A DNA stretch of 63,770 nucleotides, filler included, from Stramenopiles sp. TOSAG23-3 (taxonomy: Eukaryota): NCBI GenBank assembly GCA_900128585.1. It is 5 parts of 5 records of this genome, joined end to end, with 100 filler letters (N's around TTAATTAATTAA, not from the genome) between each part and the next. Parts side by side here need not be neighbours in the genome. Positions count along the whole stretch, not along the records: positions 1 to 28,597 come from LT642245.1; 4 more parts are not named here. One strand, written 5' to 3'. Shown piece by piece: positions 10,165-20,565 of this stretch. The position numbers and the translations under genes are program-made. The notes below the pieces were generated by a model. It did no database searches and was not told the origin of the DNA. It saw only the letters and a list, made by a program, of their open reading frames with translations. How positions within the stretch are numbered: the stretch's first letter is position 1; every line of letters begins with the position of its first letter.

Positions 10165-10495
10165 GAAGAATCAGAAAATCTAATTAGAAATTTTTAGGCA
10201 AAAATTCTCGTATAACAATTATAGTAAGCACGCATTCTTTAAAGGGCAAAGAGACCATCGGGCCACTTTTGATCTCTAAGGTCGATTTATTCATAAGGCA
10301 CACAGCACTACATAGTTATAGCATAATATAATACGAAACCGAATTCCTATCAAACTGTAGGCTTTGAAGTCCTTTAAGGGCGTTTTCTTAAATACATTAC
10401 ACAGCATCGAGAACCAAAATTAACAGGCAAATAAGCCATACTTTAATTTTCAGGATGATACGAGTGCAAATATATTTAGCCATCCATCTCTAGGG

Positions 10496-10600
10496 ATGAA
10501 TGATGATTGTGAGATTGATTAGTCGCGTTCTATTTTTATTAAATTATTAAACAATTATTATACGGACAAGTAAAATAAGATGTAATGAAAGAATTTCATA
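10496..10600 (+). repeat. 105-bp direct repeat, right copy; upstream region of the cathepsin gene
   Basis: Matches 6863-6967 with 2 mismatches and ends about 110 bp before ATG 10710. Confidence 0.97.
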
Positions 10601-10709
10601 TTGTACGTCATCTCAGTCAAAGTGCTCCATTGAAGGAAGAAAAGATTTGGAGGAAAGCCATACCGTGAGATTGCAACGAATTACTTTCGTAGTCATCTAC
10701 TGCTGTAAT

Positions 10710-11876
10710 ATGTTTTTCAAGTTTTTGACTTTGACGTGTTTGGTGCTCTCCTGTGTGCGAGCGCACGAGAGTAGCCGGACAAAGTGGTACCAGCTGACGG
10801 CCAACTTTACCTTTGAAGAATACTTGCTCGAGTACAGCAAGAGCTATAGGTCACGGGAAGAGCATAATTTGAGGCGTACCAACTTTCACAGAAATTTACA
10901 GTATGTATTGGCGCACAATGCCAACCGAGACGCAGCCTGGCATGCAGGCTTGAACGGCTTCTCGGACTGGACCACGGAAGAGTTTCGCGAGCGGCGCCTG
11001 CGCCAGGGTCGGAAAGGGTCGCACCGCGCTTCGGACTTGAAATCTGCTATTGCCTATAGTAATGTCTCCTCTGAGACTAGCCCAGACGCCCTGCCGAAAG
11101 AGGTGGACTGGCGGACGAAGAAGAACATCGTCGGGAGACCCCGCGACCAGGGCGACTGCGGGAGCTGCTGGGCATTTTCAGTTGCGGAAACGATAGCGTC
11201 CAGGCTTGCCGTCAGCACGGGGAAGTTGTTCAAGCTATCGCCGCAGCAGGTCACCAGCTGCACGCCGAACCCCGACCATTGCGGTGGAAGCGGAGGATGC
11301 GACGGAGCAACGGAAGCCCTCGGGTACGATTACATCGCGAAGGTTGGTATCTCGACTGACAAAGAGTACCCTTACAGGAGCAAGAATGGGAAAGACTTCG
11401 ATTGCAAGCAGAAGAAAATCAAGCCCGTCGCCTCTGTGAAAGGCCACGTTGCATTACCCACCAACGAGTACTTGCCCCTCGTCCAGGCTGTCCAAGATGG
11501 ACCGCTCTCTGTCGCAGTCGCAGTGTCGGACGATTTTATGTACTACGAGTCTGGAATCTGGAAATGCTCGATGAAAGGTAAAAAAGCAAAGCAGTGTTGG
11601 GAGATCAACCACGCCGTCCAGCTGGTCGGGTACGGCGAAAAGAAGAATGGGGAAATGTACTGGATTGTAAGAAATTCATGGGGAAAGAGCTGGGGCGAAG
11701 ATGGATTCATTCGCGTCGCGCGTTACGGAGAAGGAAAAGAACCCTGCGGCGAAGACTTGAAACCGTCGGATGGCAGCTCGTGCGGACCACCGTACCCCAA
11801 GAAGATCCATGTTTGTGGGGAAGCCGGGATTCTGTCGGACAATACTTATCCCGTGGACCCTTACTTGGTAAAGTGA
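10710..11876 (+). CDS. Papain-family (C1A) cathepsin L-like cysteine protease with I29 propeptide
   Basis: Signal peptide MFFKFLTLTCLVLSCVRA; ERFNIN-like helix; QGDCGSCWAF, NHAVQLVGYG and RNSWG catalytic motifs. Confidence 0.96.
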   Translation: MFFKFLTLTCLVLSCVRAHESSRTKWYQLTANFTFEEYLLEYSKSYRSREEHNLRRTNFHRNLQYVLAHNANRDAAWHAGLNGFSDWTTEEFRERRLRQGRKGSHRASDLKSAIAYSNVSSETSPDALPKEVDWRTKKNIVGRPRDQGDCGSCWAFSVAETIASRLAVSTGKLFKLSPQQVTSCTPNPDHCGGSGGCDGATEALGYDYIAKVGISTDKEYPYRSKNGKDFDCKQKKIKPVASVKGHVALPTNEYLPLVQAVQDGPLSVAVAVSDDFMYYESGIWKCSMKGKKAKQCWEINHAVQLVGYGEKKNGEMYWIVRNSWGKSWGEDGFIRVARYGEGKEPCGEDLKPSDGSSCGPPYPKKIHVCGEAGILSDNTYPVDPYLVK

Positions 11877-11913
11877 TTGGCCAGACGAAAGGGTGGTGCA
11901 GCATTTACTTTTA

Positions 11914-11955
11914 TTAAAAACAAGAAAATTGGCTGTTATTTAAGTAATTAAAATT
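11914..11955 (+). repeat. Conserved ~40-bp 3' element, copy 2
   Basis: TTAAAAACAAGAAAATTGGCTGTTATTTAAGTAATTAAAATT; the core starts 45 bp after the cathepsin stop. Confidence 0.92.
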
Positions 11956-12114
11956 ATTATTATCACCAAATGAGAGTCTTAAAACATATGATACTATATA
12001 ATTTGTTTTTTTTATTATCACCGCTTTATGTTGAAAACTTGTCCTCGTACCCGTATTAAGAATTTTTTTTTAATTAGAATCTTACATGCAAAGAGAGTAG
12101 TCTATTGCCCATTT

Positions 12115-13359
12115 TTATTGATAGTACCGGTACGCCCCGTAAATTCCCACCGAAACAATAATTGGGATGCACACAAGAAGGGAGATTGCGCCGGCCATGT
12201 ACAACAGAAAAATCCAGTCGAAACCAATTTCCTTGACTCTTTCGGAGGAGACTTGGACTTGGACTTCTCCATCGGTCAAGTACGAAACGATCCGTTTGGT
12301 GGCTACGAGGCTCTCCCGTTCCCATCTCCCCAGGGTTAGGTGAATCGGCATACCATGAAACGAGTGTAAGCCGTGGCAGAGAAACAATTCGCATTGCGAC
12401 CTTGTGCTGCTGTTTTCCTCCAGAAGGCGGTGCACTAGCTTTGCTCCCTGGGCCAACGGATCCTCACGCCCACAGACCACGAGCGTGGAGGGGAAGGAGT
12501 GGATGTCTCCCGCGCGGAGAAGGTCTCCTACTGTGACTGCATCCCACAGCCCCTGGCCGGCGCCGGCCTCGGGGCGTCCGTTCCCTGTTCCTTTCGATCC
12601 GGCGTCGGCCGGTCCCGTCTTGTAGCAGTAAAAGCAAAAATTCAGCAAGGACACGTTGGCTTCGTAAAAAAATCGGACGTGGAACGGAAACGCTTTCAAC
12701 CGACCGTCCGCCTTGACCCCCATCTCTTTGTGCGCGGTTTGGTCCAAAACCCCGTAAACGGAAACAATCTTGGAGATGGAGGGGTAGTCCCAGTGTGCGA
12801 TATCGTTGCGACCGTAGTGCCGTCCTAGCCTCCTGAGCAGTCGGGGATTTTCCAAAAATGCCCCTGCCATGGTGACCAAGTTTCCCCCCGCGCTGTCCCC
12901 CAGGAGGGTAATGCTGGACTGCCCAGTACGGTGTTTTACCCAGGAGATGGCACGGAGCATCGAGATTAAAGGGACCGGAAATTTGCTTTGAGGGGCAAGC
13001 GGGTAGTCAATGACGTAAATAGTAAACCCTGCGCGAACAAACGGCGTAATACTCTGCATCAGCAACTCCCTGTTCACGCAAACCCACCCCCCGCCGTGCG
13101 CGTATATCATAGTCCCTCGGTGTACGACGTTCTCACCGGTTGGGGAAATAATGTCGAGGACCTCGTACGGGTGGTCCCCGTACTTGAATTCCCGGTCTAC
13201 TATTAGGCCTTCGTGGCATGGTCGCCCATCGGAGGCGTAGCGAACGAACGTCCTATTGTTCATGTGAAAGTAAGCATACGGCCAGGCTACATAGTCGAAA
13301 AAGAAGCGGAGAAAGGGCAGTATTGCCCTTCTGGCAAAAAAGTAGTCCAGCCCAGGCAT
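12115..13359 (-). CDS. Alpha/beta-hydrolase, HSL-family esterase/lipase with C-terminal TM segment
   Basis: HGGG oxyanion motif, GDSAG nucleophile, D (EDPL) and H (LHSF); first ATG at 13359. Confidence 0.92.
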   Translation of the reverse strand: MPGLDYFFARRAILPFLRFFFDYVAWPYAYFHMNNRTFVRYASDGRPCHEGLIVDREFKYGDHPYEVLDIISPTGENVVHRGTMIYAHGGGWVCVNRELLMQSITPFVRAGFTIYVIDYPLAPQSKFPVPLISMLRAISWVKHRTGQSSITLLGDSAGGNLVTMAGAFLENPRLLRRLGRHYGRNDIAHWDYPSISKIVSVYGVLDQTAHKEMGVKADGRLKAFPFHVRFFYEANVSLLNFCFYCYKTGPADAGSKGTGNGRPEAGAGQGLWDAVTVGDLLRAGDIHSFPSTLVVCGREDPLAQGAKLVHRLLEENSSTRSQCELFLCHGLHSFHGMPIHLTLGRWERESLVATKRIVSYLTDGEVQVQVSSERVKEIGFDWIFLLYMAGAISLLVCIPIIVSVGIYGAYRYYQ

Positions 13360-13718
13360 TTTTTGTCGGACGGCGGCCAGGACTCGCAGCAAATTTCAAT
13401 ACAGACGGTCACCTCCACCCCTCTGTCATTCCTTGAAATATTGGACAGGTTTTAAATTCAAATCAATCTAACAAAGGTTTTTCTATATAGAAAATCTTTC
13501 AATCTGTTGAATTGAAATAGATCACGTGAACGATTTGTAAACCTTGTATACAGTCCTCGTACATATCAATTCTTCTATAGAAGAATCATCTTGGTTCTTT
13601 TTTTAAATTTTTTAAATTATTTTTTTTTTTTTGTTGTTTTTTTTTCTGTTGTTTGTTTGTTTGTTGTTGGTTCGATTTTGATGATTGATTGATGATGATA
13701 TATCAATGTTAAATTTAT

Positions 13719-13728
13719 TAGTCGTCTA
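13719..13728. promoter_or_regulatory. TAGTCGTCTA motif (= TAGACGACTA on the other strand)
   Basis: Exact 10-mer in the divergent esterase/OTU1 spacer; function inferred from recurrence. Confidence 0.6.
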
Positions 13729-13881
13729 TTTATTTCCATCCTCTTTCATCGTTATAATATTATTATTCTAAAAAAAAATTATAATTTAAATAATAATTAT
13801 TATATTAGTTCTTCATTCTTCATCCAACATTTTAAAATAATAATAACGAGAAATTGACAAAAAAGAAACGGTTACACTATC

Positions 13882-13891
13882 TAGTCGTCTA
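13882..13891. promoter_or_regulatory. TAGTCGTCTA motif
   Basis: Exact 10-mer about 160 bp upstream of the OTU1 ATG. Confidence 0.6.
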
Positions 13892-14051
13892 TGTTCAGGG
13901 AAGAAATATATACTTTAGGTAAAACGAACAAAGATTAATTAAAATAATCTTTCGAAGCGTTTATTGTATTGCAGGGGGGATTTTACAAAGCATTTTTCGG
14001 CGCCCCGATTTTTCTAATTTTTTATGGAAAAAAGGTTTCTGTACAACAAAC

Positions 14052-15314
14052 ATGCCGTTGCTTCGAGTGAGGGTGAAAGGTCCCAATGGAAAGTCGGAGA
14101 CGTTGAGCGTAGACTCTGACGAAGACGTTACAGCCTTCTTTTCTCGTATGGGTCAGGTATTTGGATGTCCAGGTAAATCTTTTGAGCTTTTGAATGGGTT
14201 TCCTCCGAAAAAGGTGGACACTGGTTCGTGCACTAGAGTGGGGGACGCGTTAAAATCGGGAGATTCTGTTACTTTGAGGTTGGCACAGAACAACGCATCC
14301 TCGAGTCGCGAAAGTCGTAAGCGCAGCGCTCCGTCCACGAGGTCTCTGAGTTTGGGGGACATGCTTTTCTACTCACGCCAAGGGGGTGCGGTGGACACCA
14401 TAAAGGTTGTTGCCTTGCATCCAGGCCCACCGGCCACCCCAGAATCGTACACGGTGCTTGTTGAGGATTCCACTGACGCAGAAAGGGTTGGGCGAGAAAT
14501 TAATGTTCCTTCCGGCAGCAACAAACTTTCTTTTTCTCCGCCCGATCATCCTGCGAAAAAAGCGTCAAGTTCAGAACCAACGACTGGCTGGACGTGCAGT
14601 GCGTGCACTTTTATCAACAAGAACGATTCGGCTTCTGCGTGTGAGATTTGTGGAACCTCTCGCCCGCCCGCTCAAGCGGCGGCAGCGGCCAGTTCAAGGC
14701 TGCCATCACGGTCGACTTCTATCGTGGCGAAGCAGCGAAAGATACCAGACGACAATTCTTGTCTTTTTCACGCGGTATCATTTTTACTACAACGACGGGA
14801 AACGCCGGGCGAACTAAGAAGGCTAATTGCGACCAATGTTCAAGACCACCCTGCGCAATGGTCGAGTGCTATCCTGGGAAAATCAAGGGAGGATTATGTG
14901 AATTTTATTTTAGATTCGAAAAAATGGGGCGGTCAGGTGGAGCTGAACATTCTGAGTTCCGTTATGAAAACTGAGCTGGCGTGCGTCGATATCCAGACGG
15001 GCAGGTGCGATGCTTATGGACAGGGCTCTGGGTACCAAAAGCGAGTGTACATGCTATTCAGTGGAATCCATTTCGATGCCGTAGAATTTGTTGATAATAG
15101 TGGCCAGGCTGTTACAATGGTCGACCCTGGCAACGCTAAAGCGATGACGGAAGCAAAAAGGCTCGCCTCAACACTGCGAAGCCAGGGGCTGTTTGTCGAC
15201 CAGAATACCATGAAGCTGGTCTGCAACACGTGCGGGTTCGAAATGAACGGAGACTTTGAGGCCCGTTCTCATGCTGGCAGCTCTGGTCATACAAATTTTT
15301 CAATGAAAAAATAA
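14052..15314 (+). CDS. OTU1: OTU1/YOD1-like deubiquitinase (UBX-like, RanBP2 zinc finger, OTU, C2H2 finger)
   Basis: GFPPK in the UBX-like domain, WTCSACTFIN zinc finger, DNSCLF, WGG and GIHFD, and a C-terminal CxxC...H...H. Confidence 0.93.
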   Translation: MPLLRVRVKGPNGKSETLSVDSDEDVTAFFSRMGQVFGCPGKSFELLNGFPPKKVDTGSCTRVGDALKSGDSVTLRLAQNNASSSRESRKRSAPSTRSLSLGDMLFYSRQGGAVDTIKVVALHPGPPATPESYTVLVEDSTDAERVGREINVPSGSNKLSFSPPDHPAKKASSSEPTTGWTCSACTFINKNDSASACEICGTSRPPAQAAAAASSRLPSRSTSIVAKQRKIPDDNSCLFHAVSFLLQRRETPGELRRLIATNVQDHPAQWSSAILGKSREDYVNFILDSKKWGGQVELNILSSVMKTELACVDIQTGRCDAYGQGSGYQKRVYMLFSGIHFDAVEFVDNSGQAVTMVDPGNAKAMTEAKRLASTLRSQGLFVDQNTMKLVCNTCGFEMNGDFEARSHAGSSGHTNFSMKK

Positions 15315-15425
15315 ATTGACGAAGAGGTGGGGTAGGTCTGCATTTAGAGGCACGTATGCCAAAAGCAATTGTATTATAATTCTTTCAAGCACTCTACAAA
15401 TTTAGATCTTAGAAAAATATCAACG

Positions 15426-16325
15426 TCATACCTCCTTTGGGACTCTTCGTAGACTCAAATTTTGATACACAACCTTCTGTTCCCCTTTGAACGCTTCCCG
15501 GACCTGCATCCAAAACAAAATTGCCATGAACGTACCTGTTCCGGCACAGAAGTGCCACCAGCTGTGCAAGTGCAAATTCTGCACCGTTGGACAAAACCGT
15601 CGATCGGTGAGCCACACGCAAAACCCTAACAAATAAAGAAAAACGGAGAATAGGCCCAAGTCAACGTGCTTCTGCGTGTGAGTGTACTTCTTTCTCAGCA
15701 AAATCGACTGGTACATCAAAAAGCCCACCCCACTTCCATAACTCAGCAAAAATATAACTTGGTCTTCTTTATCGAATTCTATCACACTATACGTTAGGAT
15801 GCACGTGACAACGGCAAGCACCGCGACAAACTGGAAATTGGGAGACCCCTTGCGCTCCATGAAATGGACAGCATAACTAAAGGCGCTGTTGGACCACAAC
15901 ATTGGGAGCTCGTCCATCAGCTGCATTGATCTCCAAAGAGTGGCGTGGAACGCGGCGCTTCCAAGTCCAACGACAATAAAACAGCAAAGTGCCGTGAAAA
16001 AGCGCCGTTCTGCCCATGGGTGCATGACAATCCCGTAAATCCCATAAAAGAATATCAGAAAGGACGACATTGTGTTCCAGAACTCTGCAACATAATGCGA
16101 CACAACGTAGTCTGGTTCACACCAATTTGTATTAGCGGTCTTTTCCCCCCAATACCCCGCTCGGTCATCCTTGTAGTTGCCAGTTTCACCGTATTTGACG
16201 ATAGAAAAGATCAAGTAAAGGTTGCAGCAAAACACGGCAACCGTTGAGTACACCAGCGCTTGTCCCTTCATCTTTTCGAACTGGTTGGGGTAGATACAAC
16301 AGGTTTTTCCATAAAACGATAACAT
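15426..16325 (-). CDS. Alkaline ceramidase (ACER/CREST family)
   Basis: NWCEPDY, AEFWNT, GSAAFHATL, DELPM and HSWWH motifs; multiple TM segments. Confidence 0.95.
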   Translation of the reverse strand: MLSFYGKTCCIYPNQFEKMKGQALVYSTVAVFCCNLYLIFSIVKYGETGNYKDDRAGYWGEKTANTNWCEPDYVVSHYVAEFWNTMSSFLIFFYGIYGIVMHPWAERRFFTALCCFIVVGLGSAAFHATLWRSMQLMDELPMLWSNSAFSYAVHFMERKGSPNFQFVAVLAVVTCILTYSVIEFDKEDQVIFLLSYGSGVGFLMYQSILLRKKYTHTQKHVDLGLFSVFLYLLGFCVWLTDRRFCPTVQNLHLHSWWHFCAGTGTFMAILFWMQVREAFKGEQKVVYQNLSLRRVPKEV

Positions 16326-16842
16326 ATTGTTGTTAAACCCAATTATTCAATTTTGTTTTGCTTGTTTCAACTGTGCATTCTCATGTCAAATGGTGGTTCG
16401 AAAGAAGAATATAATAATTTTATTATATCCCCTCTGCACGGCGCGCTGCGGACCCGGACGGGGGAGGAGGAGGACGACGGAAGAATACGGAATATGGAAT
16501 ACGGAGGAGGAAGAGTTCAACACAACCACAAAACAACAACCATCCTCTCGTTATAGGTGATGACTACCTTACAACACTACAATGAACTGTATTTAAATAT
16601 CAATTACCAGAGGGGAGGAAAGAATAACTAAACTTCAATAAAAAACCAACAAAAAGATTTCGAATAAGTAATAAAATTGGGGTCTGCTCTAAAAAGAAAA
16701 AAAATCTGAACAGTAGTTCTGTCGTTCATTTTATCTAAAAAATATAGTTCGATTATTAAATATTGAAATATATTGGAATTAGAACATTAAAAATTAGTCG
16801 TCTCTATGCTATCCTCAATTTGTAGTTTTCTCACATTTGCCT

Positions 16843-18009
16843 TTAAAAAAAATCAATATTTTCTAAATCAAAGTCCTGAGTAAAATCAAGACCTTGGTTA
16901 GGACCATCAACTTCAATCTGATCCAAGCCCGAGTCGTCCTGCGACTCTATTTCTTGGCAAGGCATGGGAGACGACGGGCGTGTTATTGGTTCCAAGGAGT
17001 TAGTGTGCGTCGGCTCATGTCCTACTGCAGGTACAGCATTTACATATGTAGAATCCTCCAACCATGTGGGCGTCAGAGCAATGACATCGCCATCCTCGAA
17101 ATTTGTACCAGGCGAAACTTCAATCGTGGCGGCGGCGGCCTCCTTTTTTGCGTGCCGTGGCCGCTCTGGCAGCTCCTCCAGAACATTGGCCAAGTTTTTG
17201 CCATCCCTTCGAATGAGTTTTTCGTGCAGGGTTTGCTTCCAACCCCCGGTCGTCTCGGGCTTCTTCCCTGTTTGAAATTTGTAGGCGTGACACGCAAAGG
17301 CGCAGGGAGACAGAAACCACCATTCCGCGTCGCCCTTGAACATTTTTCTTAGCGAAGCCCCGTAAGCCTCGTCCCAGAGTGGTGCGCCATCCTCTCCTCC
17401 GGAACACTCCGCTGTTTTGCCATTCGGGACCGTCCAGCCTTCCACAGTGAAGGTAAAGAAGAAAACTTTCCCCTCAATCGTAAGGGACCAGTCGCCCGGA
17501 TCGCCGCCCTGAATCAAACTGAGTTTGAAGCACCGAACAATCTGTACACGGTCTACCACTTTGTCCAAGCTGTCCTTGCTCCGAACGTGTCTGCTTTGCT
17601 CGAGTGCCCTTGTCCTGGTTTTGCCCTTCTTAAGGAACTTGCACACGTACTCAGCAAAGCGCGAGGGAGACCCAAATTTATGGGCTTTACTTCCGAACAT
17701 GCGTTCTATGTACTCTAAAAGACCATCCTTCACATTCGAGCCCTCCTGCACGTGAATTAAATAACCATTGTCGTTCACGGTGAAGAAGAACCGTCCTCCT
17801 CGCAATTGAAGGCACCACGTATTGTGGTCCTTAAAGTGCTTTGCCACCCCAAACTTGATGGCATCTACCAAATCAAGGCGGCTCGATTTAGCCTTCATAT
17901 CTTCGCGGGCCGCTCTCCGCGACAAGGGGTTAGCTGCCCCTGTTGAGTAGAGCTTGCCTTCTCTTGCAAGTTTACTCGCACGCTGTCGGTTCTTTCCTTG
18001 CTTTGGCAT
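16843..18009 (-). CDS. Hypothetical nuclear protein with two RAMA-like domains and an acidic C-terminal tail
   Basis: 388 aa from MPKQGKNR. Internal duplication WxLx(L/I)xGxxFFFT...MF...SPxxFA; the second copy is followed by GGW...DGKNL. The RAMA assignment is by eye. Confidence 0.6.
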   Translation of the reverse strand: MPKQGKNRQRASKLAREGKLYSTGAANPLSRRAAREDMKAKSSRLDLVDAIKFGVAKHFKDHNTWCLQLRGGRFFFTVNDNGYLIHVQEGSNVKDGLLEYIERMFGSKAHKFGSPSRFAEYVCKFLKKGKTRTRALEQSRHVRSKDSLDKVVDRVQIVRCFKLSLIQGGDPGDWSLTIEGKVFFFTFTVEGWTVPNGKTAECSGGEDGAPLWDEAYGASLRKMFKGDAEWWFLSPCAFACHAYKFQTGKKPETTGGWKQTLHEKLIRRDGKNLANVLEELPERPRHAKKEAAAATIEVSPGTNFEDGDVIALTPTWLEDSTYVNAVPAVGHEPTHTNSLEPITRPSSPMPCQEIESQDDSGLDQIEVDGPNQGLDFTQDFDLENIDFF

Positions 18010-20244
18010 CCTCGTACTTAGTGGATGTGTTCGCAGAAAAGAAGAAGTACAAAACGAATAACTACCTTCCTGGCCGTCAGGTGTTATAATTTTTAATACT
18101 TCTTCTAGAATTGTATTAATTGAACTGTTTGTAAAACTTGTGGTTTTTAATTTCAAAACCTAGTCGAAAGCATTTCTTTTCGTACCATGTCATTCGTTTC
18201 ATACCAAAGTAAAGTAAAGTAAAAGAAAGGAATCGGAACAAAAACAAAGAGGAAGAAGGAGGCCAGGGTAGTCGTCGTCGTCGGTAGTGAGTGAGTAGCA
18301 TTGTAGCATTAGCATTTTAAAAAAAAAAAAATTCTTTTTTTTCTTCGTTCAATTAATTTAAGGATAATATTTATATAAAAACTATTTATCACTTCATGTT
18401 TCTGAATATCTATTATATTTTGTTCTAAATAAAATAAGAATGAAAACAAACATTAACTATTTATTAATATATCCTTATTCAATGAAAATAGAATTCTAAA
18501 AAAGGATATTTTTTTTTAGAATTCTCCATTTTTTACCCAGCGGCGTGACCGTGACATGAATGGGTATAAAGTACATTGTTTCCCTATTACATCCTAAGTA
18601 TTTTTTTCTCGCTCCACAACTTTCCTTACACTATACTATGCTATGAGGTGGAAAAAAAAAGGGCCTGGGTATCGATAATAATAGGTAAAGTATAGAAAAT
18701 GGACCGGAGATGGATTGAGAATGTGAGATGGTGATATTTCTTACGAGGATTAGTCGCACATGTTTTTCGCTTTTCGCTATTCGCTTCGCGCGTCAGAGAG
18801 CATCTCAATTCTTCAAACGAGGCCCAGAAACATTCCTTCAACGGAGGAGGCTTAGAGCTCAGAGCTCAGAACTGCTCAGAAACGTTTTGACGCCGCGGAG
18901 TCGAATAATAAATAATTAAGGAAAAGTATACTTATGTATAATATTATATAAATAACTTATAGATAGATTTATCTGTAATATATATATACTTAATACCTTA
19001 ACTAATTTGTTTAACAAAATCGTACATGTTTGTTGTTCAATAAATACATCTAAAAAAATATTTTTGTGCAAATGGCAAATGGTGTGTTTTTTTAATTTTA
19101 CGTAAACGAGCGCTACGAGGATTATTAGCCTATTTATTAACCCTAATAACCCTATTTAATTCCACTAATAATAAATAAATAAAATACGAAGTAGTCGTCG
19201 TCTAAATCCACTAAAAATATCATTTTCATTCTTTTCATTTTCATTTTCATTTTCATTTTCATTTATATTTTCATTTTCATTTATATTTTCATTTTTATTA
19301 TTTTATTATTTTATTGTATTATTATTTTCTTCTCTAAAAAATAGTATTATGAATTTTAAGGAATATCATTAATCCAAAATATAATTCTTATCCATAAAAA
19401 GGGTAAAAATGTTGTTTTATAAATCCCCATCACACTTTGTTAAAATTGTACTTGTTCATTTCCCGGGCAATCATAAAATAGTGTACTATTTATTAATTAA
19501 GAAGAACGAAAAAGAAAATTCTTTTAAAAAAAAAAGAAGGAAAGATTGAAATGAAAAATGAAGCAAGGAAGCAAGAGAATCCCCCCCTTAATTTACTCCA
19601 AGCCCTCGCTTCCCTGCCTGGAGGCTTCCTCAATTTTTTGGCTCTTGGAAAAACTACGTACGTACGTATTTTAAAATATTCTAGAATTTAAACTACGAAG
19701 AATCAGTACGGTACAACAATCAAGGAGAAGAACAAGAACACTCGAAGACCACGCACGTAGACTTAACGAGGACTCCTCGTATTGTAAAGTCACCTTCAAA
19801 CGGATACTCCTCCATCGTACCGTACCGTACCGTACGTAAACACTCATCCAGGATTTCAGAGTTCATCCAACGCGTTCGTTCGTCATGGTTCACGGTCACG
19901 GTTTACGGTTCACGGTCGTCGACTGATCTGGAATCTGGAATCTGGAATCGAGCGAATTCGCCATGATCGATAGATACGTAGACTCCTCGTAGAATAGCGA
20001 TTTGCTGCGAAGGTGTGAAGGAAGGGATGGAAGAATTGTTCTTTATTTTATTACACTCCTCTCGTACGGTAATTAGTACTCTACTCTACGAACTACGAAT
20101 AACTAGTTAATAATTAAGACTTCGTCGCTCCTGGTTCTACTTTTCGAGTATATTTTTTATTATTTCCATTGTTGTTTGCCCCCCCTTCCTTCCCCCTGAA
20201 AGGGAAAATTATAATATAATAATAATACCCCCCCCCCCCCCCCC

Positions 20245-20304
20245 NNNNNNNNNNNNNNNNNNNNNNNNNNNNNNNNNNNNNNNNNNNNNNNNNNNNNNNN
20301 NNNN
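20245..20304. other. 60-N scaffold gap inside a poly-C tract
   Basis: N run flanked by C homopolymer on both sides. Confidence 0.98.
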
Positions 20305-20565
20305 CCCCCGCCCTATCCATCCACCCCAATTCGCCTCAGCCTTACCGTTCTACTTATAGGACTAATATACTTTACAATAATAATTTTACATCTTCTTCTG
20401 AATTAATACTCATTCCACAATGCAACACGCGAAAGAATCTTTAGAGTTTTTATTCCATTACATACGAAAAGCAGTGTTGTGGTGTGTGAAACAAGTCCCG
20501 TGACTCTGTGCTTGTAACGTTTGTTTTCATCTGCCTGTTATTGGTTTTTGGGGTTCGAGAGCTGC

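Noticed and set aside
10480-10495. Helitron 3' end (CTAG) at the cassette border
   Set aside because: There is no GC-rich subterminal hairpin or 5' TC/AT target signature, and Helitrons do not make long direct repeats.
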